Shown: positions 40,231-53,134, counted from the first letter of the stretch. The stretch is 64,000 nucleotides of DNA from Chiloscyllium plagiosum (GCF_004010195.1 NC_057718.1:51231941-51295940), one strand, 5' to 3'. Numbers and translations are program-made. The notes: generated by a model not told the origin, from the letters alone.

Positions 40231-40779
40231 AAAGGTGTTCAATGTATTCATAAAAGCAGATTTGTAATCTTGAGTTTCGGAAAAAAGTTAATGTCTGGAA
40301 CAAATATATTAAGATATACGCATTCAAATATATATATCTATATTTTGAAGAAAGAGGAATGCAATATTGTTGCATTAATCGTAAGGAACTAGGAAGTAAT
40401 AGTTATATAAATATATATCCTGGAATGCTACATTTCCTCCTGTAACGCAGTCACATGTTAGTTGTAAGTCTTGAGCCACACATTGAACAAGAATCAACTC
40501 ATCAAGGCTCCAACATTCTGAATCTAAAGGGTGATTGTTTTTAAAACATATGGAAAACAGAAAACAGAACAGCAAAATAATTATGTACCTGAGATCCTAC
40601 ATTGTGGAAAAAGTCCACACATTCAGTCAGGCTACTCCTACCAGTGGGCAGGACCCGCAACAGAAACATGAAATTTCACCCTGCGTCCTAGAATATCTGC
40701 TGAATCCACAAGATTCAAACTTAAAAGAGAAAATGTTTACAAATGAGCCAAACCAGTAATTGTCTTTCTAATTGGAGAC

Positions 40780-41200
40780 CAGGCAGCACCTGCATCAGAA
40801 AGGTGGGTCTAGAGCAGACCCTTGGCAGTGGAAGCAGAATCGAGTTTGGGCCAGTATGGGACCTACTGATATTGGTGGCAGTTGCATTAGGCAAGGTTCA
40901 GAGAGGGCGCATGGTAATCGCTGCATCGGTGGAGACAAGTAGGCACCGGAGGGTGGCAATTCCTGTCCCAGTGGTACAGCAAAGGGTGGCTGTCTACTCC
41001 AGGTCCATGGCTGAGCACTTAACAAGAAGGACTTTTGAGTTGAATTTTATTTCTTTTATTTTTCTCCCTCTGTTTTCTGTGCTTTGCTTTTTTGTGTGTG
41101 TTTTAAGATGGCGGCGGGGAGTGGCAATGCTACGCAACAATTTTCACTGTATTTCGTAACAAAATGCACATGAAAATAAATAAATCAAATCAATAAATAA
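40780..41200 (+). mobile_element. Unclassified retroposon 3' end
   Basis: GC-rich body ending ttttcactgt...cacatgaaaataaataaatcaaatcaa; similar tail in reverse at 56190-56250. Confidence 0.5.
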
Positions 41201-42041
41201 TCTAGCATTTTGTTTTACATATTTCCAGCATTCAACTTTCTTTATTCTTTTAGGTTTGCTGCAATAAATGAATTATTTCACTGAAACACTTTTAAAGCAG
41301 ATTTATTCAAGCATTTAATCATATCACGAACAACGTTAAACAAACTGCTCAATGTACAGAGCAGGCCAATTGTTGCATATACCACAGAGGAATGAGAGGA
41401 TAAGGAAATGATTCAATGAAGCAATGCTTTGGCTTTCCATCTATTTAAACTGGAAGAGAAGGAGAAATTGAGGTAAGTAAGGCTTTTTACATTTTTGAGT
41501 CATTCAGAAATACTAAATTTAAATAATGATGCAATAAGTTCTTATCTCGACAGTGTAGGGGCTAACACTATAAAATAGATTAATTTGTCACTTATCTCAT
41601 TGTTGTTTGTAGGACTCTTATTTGCATAAGCCAGTTGTCAAGTTTTTCTGCACAACAGTAACTACATGCTGAGGATGTAAAAAGATTGCATATGTGCTAT
41701 TTATTTTCTAAAGATGACAAATGGTTGAGATTCTTTTTGTTCTGACATCTGTTGCCTCCAATCAGCAAAAAAAAACACAATGAAACAAAACCTTTGACTA
41801 TTATTCACATTTTCTTTTGTATCAAAGACAGACCAAGAGCAAGTAACACATAGAAATAAAACAGAAATCAATAGATTGTAGGTTGAGATGAACTGGAGAG
41901 TGAAGCTACAGCCATTGAGGATCAGAATGCAGACCAAGTTCAACCAGATACTGCACATTTTGAAATGGGAGGGTTACATTCTACGCCATTTTACACTAAT
42001 GAAGGAGTCAAATATATTTTTACACATACTTTTCAACAAAT

Positions 42042-42401
42042 TATAAAATCATAAGGGACATGGATAGGGTAAATAGACAAGGTCTTTTTCCTGGGGTGGA
42101 GGAGTCCAGAACATAGGTTTAGGGTGAGAGGGGAAAGATTTCAAAGGAACCTCAGGGGCATCTTTTTCACATAGAGGGTGGTGTCTGTATGGAATGAACT
42201 GGCAGAGGAAGTGGTTGAGACTGGTACAATTACAACATTTAAAAGGCATCTGGGTGGGTATGTGAATAGGAAGGGTTTAGAGGGATATGGGCCAAGTGCT
42301 GGCAAATGGAAGTAGATTAGGAAAGGATATCTGGTTGGCGTGGACAAGTTGGCATGAACGGTTTGTTTCCATGCTGTACATTTCCAAGACTCTATGACTC
42401 T
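42042..42401 (+). mobile_element. CR1/HER1 LINE 3' end
   Basis: FFT*RVVSVWNELAEEVVETGTITTFKRHL; tail ctctatgactct. Confidence 0.88.
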
Positions 42402-43489
42402 GGATGTAGTTCTATTAAATCCAAAAAGACAGGGTTTGGCCAGATTGATTACAGAGGTAAGGTGCACCCAACAGAAGAGAGGCGATGTTGGTCGACCAGG
42501 GTGTTCAGATTGTTCACAGAGTGCACAGCACCATATTTAGTCGCCATTTCTATGTAACCGCCGTGCTTTCTTTGCAAATAACAAATTGCCTGAACTTCCA
42601 ACATAGTTTTCTTTTAAGGGTCTAAGCAGTGCAAGGACAATAATTTCCGTCCAGTTCCGTTTCTAACATACATGTTTTCAAGAGGCAGCCAGACAACACA
42701 GGCACTTTGTTACCCAGTCAGGGGACAGAAGCAAGAAATAGTGTGTACTTTATCAGCTCAGTGGTTCCTCTAGTGCTCACCACTTGCAATTCATGTTCTC
42801 CATCCTTCCCATTAGATTCTTCCACAGCATGCCACCTGCCAAATTGCTGCTACTTTCTATGCATGACTTCTTCCAGACTTCTGCAATTTAATCAACAGCT
42901 CTCTATTGAAAAGCTTTGAATGGCAAGCTATGAAATCAGTCTTCCAGAATTGACCCTCCAGAAATATGATTTCCCATGGATTCTCCACACGTTGTCCCAG
43001 CCTGTAAAGTTTATATTATATAAATTCTGGGATTTAGCAGATGTCAAATTTTAAGTGTAAGATTCATTGTCAAAAGAAGCAAGAATGATTATAAGCTCAA
43101 TTACACAAAGAATAATGCTTCTCCTCCATGTTAAAATTGTTACATTTTTAGTTTAAAATGTGTTGTCACTGATCTTGCACATGTATAATTATGATGTTCT
43201 AATGCTTCAATAAATGCTCAATTTAATTTGAAAGCTAGACAGATCCTTTATGGAAGGCAATATAACTATCCATGTTAACTTTAGTTTATAGCTGCTGAAA
43301 TAAGAAGACAAAGATGCTAAAGTGAATTCCTTTATTAGCTAATCTTTCAATCTTCAGGAAAGCTAAAATAGAAATTTAGACAGTTTCTCATGATGCTGAA
43401 TAATTGCCCAACACTAATAAAAACAGCACTTCTGTCAAGTTGAATGCATTAGCATGGCATTTGAAAGTCACCTTAAAAATTATTTTGGG

Positions 43490-46200
43490 GTAAGGGTGAA
43501 AATAGGTGCTATAAGTGGGGGCTGTACTATTAAGACATGCCTGTTTAATTATTTGGTTTTAGTCTGCAGGTTTGAGGCTAATTAGTGATCATGATGTTTT
43601 AAATGTGCCTGGAGGGACTAAGACAGACACCTGCCTGTTTTGCACTCAAAAGCTGATTAAGAACAATATTCATTTGTGGTGACTTATCTTCCTCCCCTGA
43701 AGGTGCACAAAATTCTACCTGACACACAAGTAAATATTTCAGGTTGGTTTGAGGAACAAGGGAGAAGCTGCACAAATTCTCAGATATAATGCTAGAGGTT
43801 CTTGTGGCTGAGATCCAGAGCATAAGGGATGCCCTATTAGTGCAATGGGAAAGAGGTCACAGAGGCAGTTAATGTGATAAATGTGGCTGGGTTCCTCCTA
43901 GAGAAGAGTTCTAATAATTTGAGGAATTGAATAACATGACATAAATGCTCATTCTAAAATTCAATTTTGATATACTTTGCACGATGCTGCATCACTATTA
44001 GCAGCACAACTTCAATGCACAGTAGCTACCATCTAACGCGACAATAACATCAACATAATTCCCATAACTGCATCCTTCACAGGCATCAATAACATTTCAA
44101 AGCTCCTCAAACATGAGAGACATAACACACATACAAACATATCTACTAATAAATTCATTCACAATGGCTAGTGATTCTCTTCCAGGACTACACTGCACAT
44201 AACAGACGCCAACAAAACCTGACCAGGGCAGGGAAAGCACAAATGCACATCCAGGCCCTTTAGGAGGCAGAGCTATTGATCATAGGCTGAGGGAGATACT
44301 GTGGCCAGGTTCAAAGCACAAGCTATATTACTGAGAAGTAAGTACCCACTCCAACTGTGCTACTCATCTGCAACATTTTTCTGTTGCTTTATCTATCAAA
44401 CCAATCCTCACTTTCAAATTCTTTAAGATCTTAACACAAATTGTATTCTAGTGGTCATATGCACTGCATGCTATCTCTTGTAAACATTATCATTCTACCC
44501 TCCCAAATTGAAAAGTAATTTTCTATGTACGACTTCTGCATTTAATCACCACCTCACTCCTGGAGAAGAATGAGTCCGTTTGTTCCTACGCAGTAAAAGG
44601 AAGAAGAGAGCGAGAAAGATTATTGCGTCTATCATTACCATCCAGGGTGGAGAGGCTCATCAATTCCCTCAAGTTATCTTTGAATCCTGTCACTTTGCGA
44701 CATTTGATAACTGAAATCACTGCTTCCACTGCAATTATTGTACCTTCCATGGAATGGTAAACAACTTACATGGAAGAAATAAATGTAGCAGAGAAGCTCG
44801 GACAGCTGCCAAGATACATTTGGTTGGAAGGATGTGGCAGAATGACTCTGATGCCCAGGGATTTGTCTGCATGCACACCTCTAAACCATTTGAGCAGAGA
44901 CTTGGAGGTGGTTCCATTGGAATCATGGAGTAAGAATCCACAAACTTTTCTCCAAATACAAGCATTTTGTTCGCTTCCCTGCTATTGCATCTTGCTGCTG
45001 TTCATTTTTACTCAAATATCTGAGAAGTTGTGAGAATTTGAGGCTGTGAAGAGTTGTACTGAGATAGAGCAGAATGGAACCATCACTGTCCAAAGCCTCT
45101 CAAGGGTGTCCCAGGAGAACATCTTTTCAGAATTTCAGCAGTCATGCACCTTCCCTGCTGCTGTCACAGAGGTTTCATGTTGTCAAAATATCTGAGTTGA
45201 CAAAATAATTACTACCTAGGATATCTATTAAAGGTAGGCATCAGAGTGAATATTATAAGTTGTGCCAGTGTTGTTGATTATCATATTTGAGTTATTTCAG
45301 TATATATACATACACAGCAGTCATTACAATGGCATAACTGTTTAATTGGCATTTTCTCATTATGTTTTTACAAAGAGCTTGAAAGGATTTGATGCAGAAG
45401 GGGGAACATTCCAATGGATCTTTCACCATAGAAGACATTGGGCAACAGTTCTCCAAAGTTCTGGTGGGGCACATATGAGAGAAACAATCTTCAAATAAAT
45501 GAAGGCCACCACCCTTAGCTGCAACTCCATGAAGATACCCTGGCTCTCTCCTATTCTTCACTATTCTCCTTTCGTGGCTTCAGAGTTTGACCCTCTGGCA
45601 CAACTACTGGTGAGACGGACTGTTCTCTCATGATTGTCAAATCTGTGGAGCTTGCAACAAATCAGAACAGACCTAGAGTCCACCTTACCCTCCTATACAT
45701 TTTGTCATCAAGAGCTGGTACTCCTCTGCATGGCCACATGCTCTCATTCCATTTCACTACGAGACGACAGGGGACCCCCAAGAAGTTGCCTGTGATCAAA
45801 CATTTCCCTTCTCCTGCTAAATCCCATAAGGTTAAGTAACAAGGGCCTCAGAGAATTTCTAGGAAAAATGCTAAGAGAATGTTGGTGATGCCTTACTAGT
45901 CAGAAGATCTCCCAATGTTTCTCAAAAGTCCTCCTCAAATTCAATCTAATCAGTCCATCCCCAGCAACAAGTGAACAAATAAAGCGGATCATGGCTTCTA
46001 ATGGCACTCAAAATCTCAATAATGCCTTCCATGGCCTGTGTCCATCTTCCTACTGTAGGGAGAAGTCATCAAAGGCAGTGTTCATCAGCAACATTTGCAT
46101 GTTACAACTTTTGAGGTTATGCAGACGAGTGAATTGTCATGCAGAGCAAAACAATCCTCAGGCCAACAATTCCTAACATCTCTCTTTTACCAAGATGGTG
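43490..46200. mobile_element. Degenerate two-gene PIF/Harbinger transposon
   Basis: Plus strand 43771-43885 KFSDIMLEVLVAEIQSIRDALL..WEEVTEAVN (Myb/SANT-like); minus strand about 45620-45755 NESHVA and CCKLH/LTIMREQ (HARBI1-like C-terminus); limits approximate. Confidence 0.6.
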
Positions 46201-46224
46201 TTTTGTGTTAAATGCAGGTTAAGA

Positions 46225-47398
46225 TTTTGATCAGATGGACCAATGGGCTGAGGAGTAGCAGATGGAATTTAATTTCAATAAACATGAGGTGTGACATTTT
46301 GGAAAGGCAAATCAGGACAAAAGTTATACACATGGTAAGGTCCTGGGGAGTGTTGCTGAACAAAGAGACCTTGGAGTGCAGGTTCTTAGCTCCTTGAAAG
46401 TGGATAGAATGTTGAAAAAGGCATTTGGTATGCTTGACGTTATTGGTCAGTTCATTGACTATAGGAGTTGGGAGATCATGTTGCAACTGTATAGGACATT
46501 GGTTTGGCCACTTCTGGTGTATAGCATGGAATTCTGGTCTCCTGGCTATAGGAATGATGTTGTCAAATTTGAAAGGGTTCAGAAAAGATTTACAAGGTTG
46601 TTACCAGGGTTAGAGGGCTTGAGCTATGGGGAGAGGCTGAGTAGGCTGGGGCTAATTTCTGTGGAGCATTGGAGACTGAGGGGTGACCTTATAGAGGTTT
46701 ATAAAATCATGAGGGGCATGGATAGGATAAATAAAGAAGAAAATAGGGTAAATACCTGATCCTAGTTCCAATCTTCCCCAGCTCAGCACTATCCTCATGA
46801 CCTGTCCCATCTGTCCATCTTCCTTCCCACCTATCCGCTCCACCCTCCCCTCCAACCTATCACCTTCACCGTCACCTACTGCACTCTCAGTTACCTTTCC
46901 CCCAGCCCCACCCCCTTTCATTTATCTCTCCACCCCCGACGCTCCCAGACTCATTCCTAATGCATGGCTTTTGCCTGAAACTTCAATTTTCCTGCTTCTC
47001 GGATGCTGCCTGACCTGCTGTGCTTTTCCAGCACCACACTCTTGACTCTAATCTCCAGCACCTGCAGTACTCACTTTTGCCCACATAAGCAAGGTCTTTT
47101 CCCCAGTTTGGAAGAGTCCAAAACTAGAGGGCATAGGTTTAAGGTGAGAGGGGAAACATATAAAAAGGACCTAAGGGGCTACTTTTTCACAATGAGAGTA
47201 GTGCGTGTATGGAAAGACTGCCAGAGGAAGTGGTACAATCACAGCATTTAAAAGGCTTCTGGATGAGTATATGAATAGGAAAGGTTTAGAGGAATATAGG
47301 GCAACCGCTGGCAAATGGAACTAGATTAGGTTAGGATATCTGGTCAGCATGGACGAGTTGAACAAAGGGTCTATTTCCATACTGTATTGCTCTATGAC
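46225..47398 (+). mobile_element. CR1/HER1 LINE 3' part interrupted by a Penelope fragment
   Basis: ORF 46376-46759 LYRTLVWPLLVYSMEFWSP...LRGDLIEVYKIMRG; resumes at about 47085 through ctctatgac. Confidence 0.9.
46755..47081 (+). mobile_element. Penelope-like 3' terminus (pLTR)
   Basis: C-rich 3' UTR, decayed hammerhead, ends ccagcacctgcagtactcacttttgcc. Confidence 0.85.
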
Positions 47399-48127
47399 CT
47401 CAAAGTGAACACCTTGGGAACCTCGTTAGTGCCTAAAATCCAGGGAAAGTCAGGCACTTCCCCAGTATCTTAGTTTCTAATCTCAAATTCAAAATGTGTT
47501 TTGTTAATTGGTTACATTACAAATTCATCTTCACTGCAATGAGGTTTGTCACATTGTAGTTCATTGATAGTAGAACATGGAAAGGCCAAACTAAATCAAA
47601 TTTATAAACAGAACCTCACTTGAAAAGTATGGTCTGCATCTCAGGGGAAAAGTGCAGAACGTTTTGAAAACCAAATATAGTTATGTATGTCTCACAGCTA
47701 GTATGTAACATACTTTTAAGAGTCATGTTGTCATGTAATCACCATATCATAGCAAGTGACCTCAAAATAAAGAGGATCTCATTCCCCATCTTACTGGTGC
47801 CAGTTCCTACATCATTCACTGAGAAGAGCATGCAAAAGTTTGGAACCAAATTATTAACCCAGACATGGCAGTACCTGTAAAAATATAGGTATCAGGGTCA
47901 TGCAAGTCCATTGAATATTTTAGTACTGCATTACCCACATCTATATAAGTATTGTTTCATCAGGAAAAAAACCCTGCTGTCAGAAAAAAGTCAATCACTG
48001 CATCTGCCACAGATTGTAAGAACAAAACAGACCATGTTGGCAGCTCAGAGTTAAGCAGCAACAATTTCTGATGAAGGACTCCATGCTCTCATTTGCAAAC
48101 TCTTGGAGTCTCCAATTAAGTTCAACT

Positions 48128-48956
48128 TATAGTGATTGTAACGTCAGCCAACTGAACCTCATAGAATATGAATTCCCTGATTGGGGGCTTAATCTGGTTC
48201 AATCAGGGAGCTCTGGCTGACAGTTATAAACAGGAGTGTCAGACATTTGTTATGGACTAGGCCAGACCACTCAAAATATTCTTAAGTAGGCATTCAGACT
48301 ATAATTTTGCAATTTGTTTCAGTAAGTGTGCAGTGAAAATTATCCAGTGTAAATTAGCTAGATTGACTACCAGGTTTTAAAACAGACAAAAACGTATTTG
48401 CAAAATTACGGAATGAGGCACAAAGAACAGAATAAAGAATACCTACAGAAGTCAGTTTATCCAAACTAGACATAATTATGCTGTTCCGAATGTACACAAC
48501 AGTCCCAATAAACAAACTCCTTAAACACAGTAAGAAGGAAACAAAGGCTTACATGTCAAAGTTACAAGGGCAGAAAGAGAGTGAACTTAGCAGCCTGTTT
48601 CCACACAGCTCCACAGCTGAACTCCCTCACTAAAGATCTGAATTAAACTGCTCAGCTAGTGAGCTGGCCACGCTCCCTTGACTTATACAGGTTACTTTTA
48701 AAAGCACTAAAGCTTTGGCCTAAAGTCTCACTTGTTTGCATATAAACAAAAAGGCCTCCAATACCCTTTTACCTCTGTACCAAACCCAGTCGTTTCAGAG
48801 CCTGGACTGTTTTACAACCTCCCTGAAATAAAATCAAGGACACAGTATCCTTGAGAAAGGAATAGCTTTTAGAAAAAAAGGAGAGCTGACTCTGACTTTG
48901 TATATGTAAATAAAGGGTGACTTGGTGATGGCATACCAGCCTCTGGAGTTATTTCA
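48128..48956 (+). mobile_element. Solo LTR family X, interrupted
   Basis: Homologous to 1408-1642; 4-bp TSD aact at 48124-48127 and 48957-48960. Confidence 0.75.
48248..48880 (-). mobile_element. LTR family Y inserted in LTR X
   Basis: Begins tgttatggac, the reverse complement of the gtccataaca-type LTR end seen at about 51080 and 51870. Confidence 0.65.
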
Positions 48957-51092
48957 AACTAAATAACATATTTGGACTTCAAATCATTCAGAGTACAAGT
49001 TGATATGAGTGCAGATTTACAAGCAAAGTAGCCAGGAGGAAGACTTGCCTTTTTCTTCAAATTTCACACCAGAAGTCCTGTATCCCTTTCATATATAACA
49101 AAATAAAGTATCAACCTTTTCTAATTTGAACTTCAGTTACTGTGGTCAAAATAACTTCCTATAGTATTAAAAGTTAAAAAATAGCAATCAAAGCTTACAT
49201 TCAATTGAAACAAAGAGCCCATATTCGAAAAGAAAATGGTGTTTTAAGCATGAAAAAGGGACTTTCTGATTTGAAGAAGCTTACCCGTATGCAGAGGTCA
49301 TTTGGTCCCATCATTCTGCCTCTTCAATGAGGTGCCAATAGAGTGAGAAGTGATTTCATCACTCCTTCCTTGGCACAAAACTCTCTTCTGGCTGAAAACC
49401 ATGATTACAGGCCTTCACTTCTTAAGGGCATGGTCCTGAAGGCATCAACACTCCTTAAAAGGGCCACGAAATTGAAAAACAAAGCAAACGTAAAGTAGAA
49501 GAGAAAAAAATAAGATGGCAGGAAAGGAAACCAAGTAAATGAAAAAAAACCAAACAGCCTTAGTTATGGGTTGGACAGCAAGTGCCATATACACTAACTT
49601 ACAGCTGTCTAAACAACATAGGCAGCTTTACTTCACAGGTCAAGCAATAATGATCCCAAGAGGAGACCTCTGCAAACCTTACTTGTAACAGCAAGGAGGG
49701 CTTCGTAGGATTCATGTATCCAGGATTTCTGAGTAGGATAAATAAAAAGGATGATCTGGAGCTTACTTGCAAACCAGCTCAAGTTATGAATCAATTTCAG
49801 AATTAACAGACTCCAAATCATGTTGCACAAATTAAAAAAAACACATCTACTTATGACTTTGTTGCAAGACAACACAGCAAGAGGCGCAGGTTTGATTTCT
49901 CTGAAGTGCTCTCACACAGACTAATTGAATTGGTAATCACTTCTACATCATTGAAACCTTTCAGGAAAGACATTCCGGACAAGATAGCATGGACACCTTG
50001 CTTGAAGATGGACATCAATGTAAAGCTATAGTTGCACATCAATACCAATGACATGCTTACAATTACAGGACAATGGTTAAGGCTAGCAAAGTGCATCAAA
50101 CCAGCAAGATCTGTCATAGATGTGGCCTATCACATCAGCAGAAAGACAATAAAGTTGTTAAACCAAAGCAAACTAGGATAAAACATGCCTCTCCAGATAG
50201 GTGCATGATCACCCAATCAAAGCAAGGTTTCAAACCTCAAAGACATGATATTAAAGTATGAATTACTAACCCTGTTAAGTCTGTTTTTTAGCTGTTTGTA
50301 TAATTATTAAATTGACAATGTGCGCCCATGTACAACAATGTATAATCTGTTCAATGTATAATCTGTTGTTTTGGGAAAAAAGGGATGTTGTGTCATGTCT
50401 CACAGCTAATATATAACATACCCATAACAGACATGTTCATGATGTGACATTACTACAGCTTTAAGAGGTGTATTTTGTCTGCTTTTCTTTGTGAAGAAAG
50501 GTTGAGACAGATGAGCACTCTGACCCAAAGCCATATAGAGCCAACAGTTTGAGAGGTCTTTGGTTTCTTTTTAAATTTGAAACAATAGAAGCAGTCTGAA
50601 TGGGTGGGGTTAAGCTCCCACAGAACCAAGATTTTTAAAAAACGTGTTGGCCTTTTGCAGTTGCTGGCATCATGAAGCTAGATGGGGAAGCTCTTAGCCC
50701 TTTCTCTGTTACAACTATAAACTGGGGTTCTCTTCCTTCTGCTAGAATTGCACATGAGACAATCTACTTTACTGAATTTGCCTTTGCTAAGAGTGTGTTT
50801 ATGGGATGTTACTATATTGGATCAACTAATTAGTAGCAATTAATATATATATAAACAATCTTGTTAAGCATTGCTACAGTTACAGTTAAGCTACTTCTTT
50901 TAGTTTTGTTTTGACTGTATTTTAATTACAGTGTGTGAATAAAGTTGTGTTTGTTTCAAGCCTGGTATTTTGACTAATCAAATTGTATCTGGAACACAAT
51001 GCCTCACACTTATATTTAAAAGATGAAAAAGTTAGGGTCCAGACTATCTTCTTAATATATTTTGACGGGGTGTGGTCTGGTCCATATCAAAC

Positions 51093-51111
51093 TGGGGGCT
51101 CTTGTTGGGAT
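51093..51111 (+). promoter_or_regulatory. Decayed tRNA-Pro primer-binding site
   Basis: tgggggctcttgttgggat versus canonical TGGGGGCTCGTCCGGGAT, 3 nt after the LTR end. Confidence 0.7.
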
Positions 51112-51258
51112 CAAAGTCTCTAATTCCAGGTTGGATTTAGGATTGTTGGACTCAAACTGATTTGTTGGCATTCTATTTTCAGGTGTTTGCGTTCAGTTGG
51201 ATTAAACAGGGTGTGTGCCTTATGTAATAGTGGCTCTTACAGTCACCAGCAGTTTCCT

Positions 51259-51585
51259 GGGTGTCGTGGCTCAGTGGTTAGCACTGCTGCCTCACAGTGC
51301 CAGAGACCCGGGTTTGATTCCAGCCTCGGGCAACTGTCTGTGTGGAATTTACACATTTTCCCCGTGTCTGTGTGCATTTCTTCCAGGTGCTCTGGTTTCC
51401 TCTCACAGTACAAAGATGTGCAAGTTAGGTGAATTGGCCAAGCTAAATTGCCCAGAGTGTTCAGGGATGTGTAGGTTAGGTGCATTCATCAGGGGAAATG
51501 GGTCTAGGTGGAAGTTTCTTTGGAGGGTTGGTGTGGATTTGTTGAGCCAAATGGCCTGCTTCCACATTGTAGGGATTCTATGATT
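51259..51585 (+). mobile_element. HE1 SINE inserted in gag of element B
   Basis: HE1 head, V-domain and tail splitting the gag relic. Confidence 0.9.
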
Positions 51586-53134
51586 AAGTTACTTCTGGAA
51601 TTCTGCAGTATGTCATCAAGGCAAAGCTTTTGGGATTGGCAGACAAGCTAGAGTTGGGGTTGCCTTTGTCTGTGTGAAAAGGAGAGGTAATTGCAGCAAT
51701 TGCTCGACATTAACAATTTCCCATAATGACACCAGAATCATTGTAAATAGCTAAAATTCAATTGCAAATGAACCATCTTAAACATGAAACAGAAACAGCT
51801 TGAATTACAAAAAAAGTTAGGGTCTGGTCTATATTCTTAATATATCTTCTTTGAGAGGGTTTAGTCTGGTCCATAATGATATCATCATTGCATTATGACA
51901 TGTGACCTGATGATATAATGGTTTTAGTCATCACTTACATGAGCATAGTTTGCAGATAAATTTCTCAGTACTAGCCCATTACACAGCAGTGCCTTTGATT
52001 GTAATATGTTTGGACACCAGGAGTTGTAATAAAAGTCTGTTGAATACATAGGCACTGTATCACCTTTGTGTAGTTCGTATTTTGGGGGGCTATCGTAAGT
52101 GTTGCCTTATCAGGTTCAAATACCCTAATGATGGTAAACAGCCAATCACTGCATCTATGAAAATAGTGAGGACAGAGCAGGTAAGTTCCTTTGTAAATTT
52201 GCTGTTTTATTTGAAAGCAACAGAAGCTACATTCAGCTGTCCATCAGTTTGAGCATATTTAAGATTTATAATAGATTTCTTATAGGCTTCCAGCTTATAA
52301 ACATGTGATGGAAAATGAACAGTTTCCTTCACTGAACAAAACAGCATAGCTGGAAGCTTGATTCTGAAACAAGAAAAATCCAACCTCTGCAGGCTTACAA
52401 AGACGCACGATTCGAGGATAATGCCTCTTGTAACTTGGAGTTGTGGAAGTTTAGCATCAGCACCTGTGATGTGCAAGTCATGCTGCTAGACTTCCATTGT
52501 AACAGCACTTGGGTGAGGAGTTTATGAGCGCGACTCAAGATGGATCAGCTTTAATATCCCCCCACAAAGCATTAATACCATCAAACAAATTGACAAGTCA
52601 GTTTTTGTGCAGCTTTGGTGCAATACTACAAAAGTGCAAATGTTTTCTGGATAGGACACTTTGATTTCCCATCAAGAGGACTGAGCAATGATGGTAACAA
52701 TGTGATCTTCCATCTGGTGCTTGCATTAAACATCAGCTATTTGGCAGGTTTCCTGCTGCCTTTGTTGCTCAGTGCCAGAAGTAGGGAATTACTGTGGAAA
52801 GTTGGAGAATGAAAGGCAATGGTCAAGGGAATGGTTTGCATCATGAACCTCCCAACCTGAAAAAGATGCATGATTTCTCTTTACGGAAAGTGTATGTCTG
52901 AGATTAATGACAATGTACTCAAAAGCTAAGAAATTTGAAATTATAGACAGAAGAAGAGCCTTTCATACAACAATTTGAAAAGTCACAAAGGATCAAAATT
53001 AAACATTGTTTTTCAAAAAAAAAAGTTAATTTGTTTTATAAATAGACAATTTATAAAGAATGGCATTTGCAATGCTTACATTGAATTTGCACTTTTTCTT
53101 TGCCATATTATTCTCACTAAGACTTCAGTATAAA

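Larger units (their letters stand above)
50443..51875 (+). mobile_element. Deleted Gypsy LTR element B
   Basis: 5' LTR 50443-51089 (TG..CA); PBS; gag relic ALTVTSSFLG/VTSGILQYVIKAKLLGLADKLELGLPLSV*KGEVIAAIARH; 3' LTR tip about 51810-51875; TSD atga at 50439-50442 and 51876-51879. Confidence 0.75.
47680..52050 (+). mobile_element. Internally deleted Gypsy LTR element A (outer layer of nest)
   Basis: atgtctcacagcta shared at 47687 and 50395; gag relic 49565-50140 (INFRINRLQIM, DFSEVLSHRLIELVITST, CHRCGLSH); polypurine tract gggaaaaaaggga at 50373-50385 before TG at 50386. Confidence 0.6.

Noticed and set aside
42523..42545. REST/NRSE site (cagcacca...cgcc)
   Set aside because: The essential GGACAG half-site is missing
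50336..50367. 16-bp tandem duplication caatgtataatctgtt
   Set aside because: Ordinary slippage inside an LTR-element relic
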